DNA of 64,000 nucleotides, from assembly GCA_964597355.1 (NCBI GenBank), contig CAZQWS010000001.1, positions 24,279-88,278 on the forward strand. Direction: 5' to 3'. Of this stretch, positions 57,276-64,000 are shown one piece after another. This DNA comes from an uncultured Bdellovibrionales bacterium. Lineage in GTDB: Bacteria > Patescibacteriota > Minisyncoccia > Moranbacterales > UBA1568. The translations under genes were made by a program, and so were the position numbers. The notes beneath the pieces are model-generated. The model did not search any database. It was given only the letters and a program-made list of their open reading frames with translations, and was not told the origin of the DNA. The number at the start of each line of letters is the position of its first letter. Positions within the stretch are counted from its first letter, which is position 1.

Positions 57276-58121
57276 TTATTTCTGAGCGATTTTGCGGTAG
57301 TAGATATCGACATCGGCGATCCACTTGCGGACACTTTCGTCGCTGTGACTGGCACAAGTGCTCCCACACTTCCAGACAATCATGCGAGCTGGTTCGGCGC
57401 TCAGGCGTACTTCTCGAAGTTTCACCAGTCGGTCGCCGATGGTTTTGACAGCCTCTTCGGGTGTGCTCCAACAACCGTAGCCATCAGGAGTAAAACCCTT
57501 GGTTCCGGCTCCGCGGTATCCCCAAAAGTTAAAACATTCAACACCCTCAAGTTTCGGGGTGCGTTTACCCCAGTTGGATTCTTTCTTACCGATACCGACG
57601 ATAAGCCCCGCAATTTCACGATCATACCCTGCAATTGCCTTGATCATGGCATCAATAGGGAAGCCTGTTACGATGAGCTCAAGTTCTTTGGCGAGCATTT
57701 CATCTTCTGGTTGAAATTCTTCTTTCATTTTGCCTACTTCTTCCTGTTTGAGACGGAGAGCACAGTCAATACGCTCACTCTTGTCTTCACTCTTGGATGG
57801 GGAAAGAAAGAAACCGAGATCTCGTTCCCAAGCACACAAGTCAGCAGAATTTACACTCAGTGAAACACTATCTTCAAAGTTCTCAAAAGATTCAGCTATC
57901 TTTTCTATTTTCGAGTCTTTTTCACTAGCAGCCAAAGCTTGTTCGCCTGGCAAGGAAAGGATAATCGTAAGCAAAGCGAAAACCACACCGAGGGCCTTAT
58001 TTTTGAAAAAAATAGAGGGTAGGGAAGGAAGGTAATCCGCCAGCTGGCGGGCCATTCCTCGGGTAGTAGACTGAGCTATCAATGACCGGCTCGAAAGCCG
58101 ACTGGGTGCAAAATCTGTCAT
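57276..58121 (-). CDS. Membrane/secreted protein with lysozyme-like (glucosaminidase-like) C-terminal domain
   Basis: TM/signal segment; IVGIGKKESNWGK...CFNFWGY...WSTPEEAV. Confidence 0.6.
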   Translation of the reverse strand: MTDFAPSRLSSRSLIAQSTTRGMARQLADYLPSLPSIFFKNKALGVVFALLTIILSLPGEQALAASEKDSKIEKIAESFENFEDSVSLSVNSADLCAWERDLGFFLSPSKSEDKSERIDCALRLKQEEVGKMKEEFQPEDEMLAKELELIVTGFPIDAMIKAIAGYDREIAGLIVGIGKKESNWGKRTPKLEGVECFNFWGYRGAGTKGFTPDGYGCWSTPEEAVKTIGDRLVKLREVRLSAEPARMIVWKCGSTCASHSDESVRKWIADVDIYYRKIAQK

Positions 58122-58702
58122 AAAGGATGTGTCCTTTGTTACCTACGTTTGCTACGCATGGCCACAAAGACACAAGCCCCATGCTATCAAAAAACCAGAG
58201 GCCAGTCAATGCATTTTGCCTCTTTTTTCGTTTACTTTGGCTTATTTAAAGCAAAATTATCATTTTTAAAAAGTAAATACTAAACAATACAGTTATAAAA
58301 TGTCAATATACGTGCTATACAGTGATACGTATAAAGGATATTGCAGAGATTATGTGGGACGGAATTTTTCTATTGAAAAGGTCAAATTAGCTTATGACGA
58401 TATCTACTCTAACTGTTTAAAATAAAGCAATGTCTCTACCGCTATCAAGAGTGTGGGGTTAAAAACGCGCCCTTGCTAAAAGGCTCTAAATAGGGCTTTT
58501 TTTAGTTGACCCTGTTAGAGAACACCGTGCCTACACGACTTCAGCCACTAATAGCGACTTTTCTCCCATGAACCAAGCTTGACGACCATGCAGTTTTCGC
58601 TATTATAGGCCCAGCAGAAATAGGGGGTTTTCACCCCACTTTTGCCCCAAATAGTCCGCTCTTACAGGGGCTTTAACAATCAAACTCACTTAGGAGACCA
58701 CC

Positions 58703-59304
58703 ATGGTCAAGCTCTCGCGTATGATTTTCGCGGCCTTGGCCGCTGGTGTAGTCCTCGCTCTCACCGCTTGCGGTGGAGGAGAAGAGGCGGCAGCAGAGGC
58801 CTTTACCGGCCAAGCTATATCGCCAATCCCCAAGCCCTCGACCTCTCCCAGGCCAAGCAGCGGGCGCTCGCAACTCCGGCTGTAACCGCTGCTTTAACCA
58901 TCGTCAACCTCGCGAGCGGCACTACCCAAAGTGTCGACTGGTCCGGTATCTTCGGGAAGTTCGCTTATCCGATCGATCTCGAACTGGACGAGGCCAAGGG
59001 AGTGTACTATGTCTCTGATTGGCTGAACTCGATCCGGGTCATGAGCCTGGTAACGAATCAGCAGATCGCGGTGATCACTCTTTCGGGAGGCAGGGTGCCG
59101 CGTGGCATGGTTATGGCAGCGGGAGACCTGTGAGTAGCCGCTCCTCAGAGGGATACCTTCTACACGGATGCTCAGACGGTCTACCGTATCGACCAAGTCA
59201 CTCGTACGGTGAAGCAAACGATTCCTCTCGGGACTCCACGTCAAAACGGAGTCGGCTTCTTGCCCTGGGACCTCGCGGTCTACGAGCGGACCGAAATCCA
59301 GTGA
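58703..59304 (+). pseudogene. Disrupted lipoprotein with YVTN/YncE-like beta-propeller blades
   Basis: GGAG SD and LALTACGGG lipobox; frameshift near 58830; in-frame TGA at 59131 (GDL*VAA); the frame continues VYRIDQVTRTVKQTIPLG to TGA 59304. Confidence 0.7.
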
Positions 59305-59348
59305 TCCTTTCATCGCTCTTGTCGGGAGACGCTGAGTGATGAGTGAGT

Positions 59349-59404
59349 AAGTACCTTGAGACCCGCACGGTGTGTAACAACACTGCTGCGGGTCTTTACT
59401 TTTC
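59349..59404. terminator. Hairpin/terminator between convergent genes
   Basis: agacccgca-cggtgt...acactg-c-tgcgggtct followed by T-rich sequence. Confidence 0.65.
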
Positions 59405-59438
59405 CACTATTCAAAATCACAAGCTCCAATCCCCCCCC

Positions 59439-60005
59439 TTACCAAGCCTGGAAACTCTGGTAAATTTCTTCAACCTCCTTTTCCAAATCTACTGGCATCT
59501 GTCGAAAACCATTTTCGAAGGCATCCAGAGAGATTTTGTAAAAGGCATACTGGTCATTGGTACCTAAGTAGTGGGCTTTGTTTTGGAGGACTCCCCCTCC
59601 CATCTTTAGGTACTCCCTGGATATAGCTCGAACTCCGACCAACATCACGCCGTGCGTCAGATCCTGAGGAGACTCGAGCTGGTCCACGTACCGCTCTACC
59701 GGCAAACTAATACTCACTAGTTTGGTTGCGTGATCAGGCACCCCTGTTTCAAGTACCTGATACTCAGTCCATGTCTTAGGAAGTTCAAATGAAAAGCCAA
59801 GCGTATCATTTTCGTAGAGTAAACGATCAGGATTAGGGACTCTTTTCTCGGCCTGCACTTTGACTACTGGCGGATACATAGCCGAAAGCTGCAGCGTCTG
59901 ATTGTCATCTCCATACTTAACAATCAGCATAGCCATGAAAGCCAAACTAAGCAAACCAATCATGACCACTCCAAGACGTTGCCAATTAATACTCATTTCA
60001 TTCAT
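59439..60005 (-). CDS. Membrane-anchored PsbP-like protein
   Basis: TM; LYENDTLGFSFELPKTW; ends EIYQSF. Start placed at MNEMS. Confidence 0.65.
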   Translation of the reverse strand: MNEMSINWQRLGVVMIGLLSLAFMAMLIVKYGDDNQTLQLSAMYPPVVKVQAEKRVPNPDRLLYENDTLGFSFELPKTWTEYQVLETGVPDHATKLVSISLPVERYVDQLESPQDLTHGVMLVGVRAISREYLKMGGGVLQNKAHYLGTNDQYAFYKISLDAFENGFRQMPVDLEKEVEEIYQSFQAW

Positions 60006-60040
60006 AAGGCTTTGGATAGACCTTGTGGAAAAGAGGAGGG

Positions 60041-63000
60041 TTACTGCCCTACCTCTTTCCAGTTGAGATCGCGACAGGTTGTCGTCGTACAACTTTCCTC
60101 CTCGGTAGTCACCACACAAGCATTGGTAGTCACGGTACGAGAACGGGTACCGTCTCCTCCGGCGCAAGGTGGGCCACAAGCACTCCAACTACTGACACTG
60201 GCAGTACAAGCCAAATTTACCGTCACTTGTCGAATTGTAACGACACCACTCGCATTCTGACAAGAGAGAATGTAGTCCCCGCTTGGAACAACAGCAGTGG
60301 TATCTTCTGTTCCACCAGTCGTATTCTTGGCGCCAGACCATTTCCCACTTGCGGTACAATCCGTAGCTCCACTCACCGTCCAAGTGATAGTCAACGCGTC
60401 ACCTGGAGCTGCCGTAATCGGACCAGTTGAACCATTGACAGTCAGACTCACAGCAGGAGCTGGGTCACAACGACCAGCTACGATATTCCAGCCCGTTCCT
60501 GCGACACAGTCAGCTATGAGCGCATCCGTGTCATATACGATTCCAGTGGCGGCATCTCTCAAAGTCACCGCGTGGGAACCATAGGAGATGTCAAATGACC
60601 GATTATTCTCGGAAGCGCTAAATACCTGGGCCGGAGTAGCTCCACTCACTTCGAGCACTGGATTAATAAGGCTCGTTGTGTTCCAAGTCGCCAATCCAGG
60701 ACAGATGCTCTGTCCTGATGGAATAGAACAGGAGGTTACACCGAGGATTTGGCCGCTAGCTACCTTGAATTCCGAGCAAACTGCAATGGGATATCCAGCA
60801 CTCTGACATTGCCATGACCAGAAAGCTCCCGCGTCAAACCGCTCGATACTTGAGCCAGAAATACAGTTGTAGTGGTTAAAATCACACTGCGGAGCTCCCC
60901 CAGCACAGACATTGGTCGTACAACTACTGCTACAGGCTGCTGGACAAGATCCGTTAGCTCCACCAGCATCACACTGTTCGCCAGAATCCACATGGCCATC
61001 ACCACATACCCCGCTCGGAATAACGGTTGCCCAACAAGGCTGGGTTGTTCCTCCACCAGAACCTACACAATTCCATTGCCAGAAATCTCCATTGTTATTC
61101 ACTGTCGATGAGCTGCCAGCAGTACAGCGACTCCCCGCAGGTGGTGTCGATACATATGCTCCCAGATGAGCTGGCCCACAGACGCCATCGACGACTCCAG
61201 CACAGACATTGGTCGTGCAACTGTTGCTACAGGCTGCTGGACAGACCCCTCGAGCACCACCCGTATCACATTGTTCACTACCTTCGGTAATACCATTGCC
61301 ACAAATAGCTACACAGGCGCTCGGTGCACTTCGCACGACACCGCCACTATAACCAGAACTACCACCTGGACCATTGGATCGGACCGTATAGCTATGGCTC
61401 GATCCAGCCGTGAGTCCCGTATGGTTATAGTTGGTACTTGCGCCAGAGTAAATAGTGGTGGAACCATCACGGAGAGTGTAGCTAGTAGCTCCCGATACCG
61501 GACTCCAGGAAACACTGATCGTACCCGTGCCACAAGCTCCCGCCGTAGCCGAAAGGCTATTGGGCACGTCATCGCCAGGTCCGCCAGTTCCGCAACAACT
61601 GCCGCCAGTTGCGTCTGAAACAATCACTCCAACAGAGTCAGTATCTGAACCGTTAGCATTGTCACAGGTTATTTTATACGGATGGGTCCCAACCCCTAGA
61701 GTAGCTCCCGACAAAGTCCGACTACCGTTGGGTGAGGTTGAGTTTACATCTGTTCCCGAAATCCTACATGTTCCTCCGCTTAGATTAGTCACTTCCCAAT
61801 CGATGCGAGCGTTTTGACTAGTGGTAATACTCGCGTTTGGCCCCGAAGCATGAACTCTCTTGTTGTCTCCTGTAATCCAGGACAGTGCCTTCTGCCACCA
61901 AGTTTGTGTTTCAAATGCTACCGGACCAGTAGCGGTGATGGTGACATCGGGAGGAGCCAGTGAGAGCAAAATGGCTGCACAGATTTGCGAACTGGGTTTG
62001 TTGTAACATGTCCAGGATACGTTCGTCCCAGTGACTTGATAATTTCTCCTATCACCAACTTGGCAATACACCTGCATGAGTGGAGCGTTATCAGTAGGCA
62101 TAGAACCAGTATACGTCCGTCCATTGGCCGACCCACAAAGTGGCGGTTGGCGATACGCCACACAGGCTTCACTATTGTTCCCACCATTCTGGCCCATACA
62201 CTGCCAAAATACTCCGAGGAAGTATCCCGGCCCACCTGGTATAAGATTTCCATTGGAATCAAAGCTATCCGACGACTTCCAAGTTTGCGGGCCATTCCCC
62301 ACTACACCCTTGCTACACATAGTACCGCTCGCTATCAAATCACCAGTATCAGTATATCCTCTGTCATTCGCTGAACCACAAACACCATCGACCCTAGCTG
62401 CCGCTTGGCAACTACTCCCATTCCAACTTGTTCCTCCCGTGCAAGAAGATGAAACGGTAACTTGATCGAGGACGGGACCATTGGCTGCCCCACTATGTAT
62501 TCGGTAACAACCCGAATTGTACGGAACGTAAATACCGCTAGCGGATTGGGAACCCGTTCCACGAGAAGCCAAGGAAACATCGGCGCAATTGGTAAGCACT
62601 ACCGTAGCCGCGCCAGAGGAAGTCCAGCCAAGCGTCGTGTTGCAACCCGCTCCATTGGTCGCGATAGTACAGGCTGGCGTACTCGTAAAGCTCCCTGTAG
62701 CAGCCGCCGTAATAACCAATGTGTCCGTATCGGTACTACTGACTGAGCCAGAACCATTGGGACCAGACCAACAACGGGTAGTAAACGTCCAGCTTCCGGC
62801 GCCAGTCGGACCCGATATGTTCATGCTCGTTGTGTTGTCCGAACGTGGTAGTTCGATCCAATTGCCAGGATCACGCTCTACCTCGCAACTCTGCGCGTTG
62901 GTAGAAGAAAGAACATAATTGATCAGCGTCCCTTCAGGCACCGGCCCACTCGGAGAAACCGACAATGAGGCGGTAGGGGTAACGGGTGTGACAGTAAGAC

Positions 63001-64000
63001 TAATTTGACGAGCAACAGGAGTAATATACCCAGACGATCCGACAGACACGGTAATCGTAAATGAGCCAGCAACCGCCGGTGCGTTCACCACGCGAGGAGC
63101 CGGAATATCAATCCCTCCGGTGAGCTGTCCTCTGTTATATGAACTGGGTACTAAATCCGCGCCTCCGTTTATCCTGACTACAGGACTCGTCGGAGCATAG
63201 GGAGCATCATCACTACTTATATATATGTCAATATCAATCGGTTCATTGGGAGCATAGGTATCTTTGTTGGTATCAACACTAATAAAGAGCGTGTTAGCAG
63301 TACTACAAGTATAGCGAGTCGTATCACAGGCGAGATAAAAACTTTGGGAAGCTGCTTCGGCCTGTTTGACTTCTAGTCCAAAGAATACTGGGATCGCAAA
63401 GACAACAGAGAGGAGTGGCATCATCATGCGACGAGCACGCGTCCGGCGTTTGATAAGGTAGCCAGCGGCCAAGACAAGCGCCGCTACACCACCGAGGATT
63501 ATCCACGGAGAAGCTTTTGCGAATCCCCGCTCCTCACTCTGTCTATTAGCCATAGGCGTATCATCATTTGTTATCCATTGGTCAATCTGTTTTCCTTTGA
63601 TGGAAAGTATCGCCATCACCTTGGGAGCGACACAGTTAGACTGCAATACAAACTCTGCTTCATGCGTACTCACTCCTTGGAGCGTGGCACGGATAGGACC
63701 GGCGCATGGCACTCCATTCGAGCTAAGTTCGAGCAAGAGCTCATATTCGCTCTCGTCGTAGAGCCTGATCTCCGCTGTCACTGGTACCGTCTCACCCGAT
63801 TGGAAATGTTGCCCATCATAACGAGTTACGCCCAACAACTTCCCTCCCGATCCGGGGACCATTACTGTCGTCATAAACGGGACTCCAACGGCATGTCCTC
63901 CAGTAGCCGTTGGTACAATTTCCAGGTAGTACACTCCTGGCTCAGTCATTTCAGAAACTACCACATTCCCAGCCGCAAAAGAGTCTGTCCGAGCCACTGT
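60041..64000 (-). CDS. Giant Cys-rich surface protein (Ig-like, FN3, DGVCG and CGxG..EQCD repeats, TSP1-like C-terminus), 5' end outside the window
   Basis: Open frame of more than 1318 aa reaching the window edge; duplicated EQCDxGG...CPAACSxSCTTNVCAG unit; FN3 ISVSWSPVSGATSY; SWSACGPPCAGGDGTRSR. Confidence 0.85.
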   Translation of the reverse strand, partial: TVARTDSFAAGNVVVSEMTEPGVYYLEIVPTATGGHAVGVPFMTTVMVPGSGGKLLGVTRYDGQHFQSGETVPVTAEIRLYDESEYELLLELSSNGVPCAGPIRATLQGVSTHEAEFVLQSNCVAPKVMAILSIKGKQIDQWITNDDTPMANRQSEERGFAKASPWIILGGVAALVLAAGYLIKRRTRARRMMMPLLSVVFAIPVFFGLEVKQAEAASQSFYLACDTTRYTCSTANTLFISVDTNKDTYAPNEPIDIDIYISSDDAPYAPTSPVVRINGGADLVPSSYNRGQLTGGIDIPAPRVVNAPAVAGSFTITVSVGSSGYITPVARQISLTVTPVTPTASLSVSPSGPVPEGTLINYVLSSTNAQSCEVERDPGNWIELPRSDNTTSMNISGPTGAGSWTFTTRCWSGPNGSGSVSSTDTDTLVITAAATGSFTSTPACTIATNGAGCNTTLGWTSSGAATVVLTNCADVSLASRGTGSQSASGIYVPYNSGCYRIHSGAANGPVLDQVTVSSSCTGGTSWNGSSCQAAARVDGVCGSANDRGYTDTGDLIASGTMCSKGVVGNGPQTWKSSDSFDSNGNLIPGGPGYFLGVFWQCMGQNGGNNSEACVAYRQPPLCGSANGRTYTGSMPTDNAPLMQVYCQVGDRRNYQVTGTNVSWTCYNKPSSQICAAILLSLAPPDVTITATGPVAFETQTWWQKALSWITGDNKRVHASGPNASITTSQNARIDWEVTNLSGGTCRISGTDVNSTSPNGSRTLSGATLGVGTHPYKITCDNANGSDTDSVGVIVSDATGGSCCGTGGPGDDVPNSLSATAGACGTGTISVSWSPVSGATSYTLRDGSTTIYSGASTNYNHTGLTAGSSHSYTVRSNGPGGSSGYSGGVVRSAPSACVAICGNGITEGSEQCDTGGARGVCPAACSNSCTTNVCAGVVDGVCGPAHLGAYVSTPPAGSRCTAGSSSTVNNNGDFWQWNCVGSGGGTTQPCWATVIPSGVCGDGHVDSGEQCDAGGANGSCPAACSSSCTTNVCAGGAPQCDFNHYNCISGSSIERFDAGAFWSWQCQSAGYPIAVCSEFKVASGQILGVTSCSIPSGQSICPGLATWNTTSLINPVLEVSGATPAQVFSASENNRSFDISYGSHAVTLRDAATGIVYDTDALIADCVAGTGWNIVAGRCDPAPAVSLTVNGSTGPITAAPGDALTITWTVSGATDCTASGKWSGAKNTTGGTEDTTAVVPSGDYILSCQNASGVVTIRQVTVNLACTASVSSWSACGPPCAGGDGTRSRTVTTNACVVTTEEESCTTTTCRDLNWKEVGQ

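Noticed and set aside
59131-59133. TGA recoding (genetic code 4 or 25)
   Set aside because: TGA ends intact genes elsewhere (6520, 12667, 19489, 21122), long genes have no internal TGA, and this gene also has a frameshift.
1-64000. tRNA, rRNA, transposase or prophage genes
   Set aside because: None recognised by eye; tRNAscan-SE and HMM scans would be needed to exclude them formally.

Overview
Bacterial genomic DNA, genetic code 11, with most genes on the minus strand. The gene set points to Patescibacteria/CPR, possibly Parcubacteria such as Ca. Moranbacteria (inference): archaeal-type pyrH, short proS, GAD-less aspS, parvulin-containing SecD, PsbP-like surface proteins and scarce Shine-Dalgarno motifs. 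The housekeeping backbone is a sugar transferase, rnpB, pheT/pheS, tyrS, secF/secD, aspS, a two-component system, speD, ABC-F, ispH, pyrH, proS, clpB with CIRCE, htrA, dus, a full Rrf2-sufCBDSU-ferredoxin-sufT operon, 2-oxoacid:ferredoxin oxidoreductase, xseA/xseB and a giant Cys-rich surface protein. Top observations: (1) an AT-rich array of five co-oriented, single-gene cassettes (19989-24222) separated by a directly repeated 28-bp 11-6-11 site resembling a tyrosine-recombinase target, with no attC hairpins and no recombinase in the window; (2) a scar upstream of secD in which a second secD promoter/start is fused to the C-terminal tail of an archaeal-type AspRS, suggesting in-situ replacement by a bacterial-type aspS island; (3) a family of inverted 7-mer arrays, one enclosing a four-helix-bundle gene and several empty; (4) a 126-nt hairpin insertion in RNase P RNA. 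All family assignments come from motif recognition by eye; no database searches were run.
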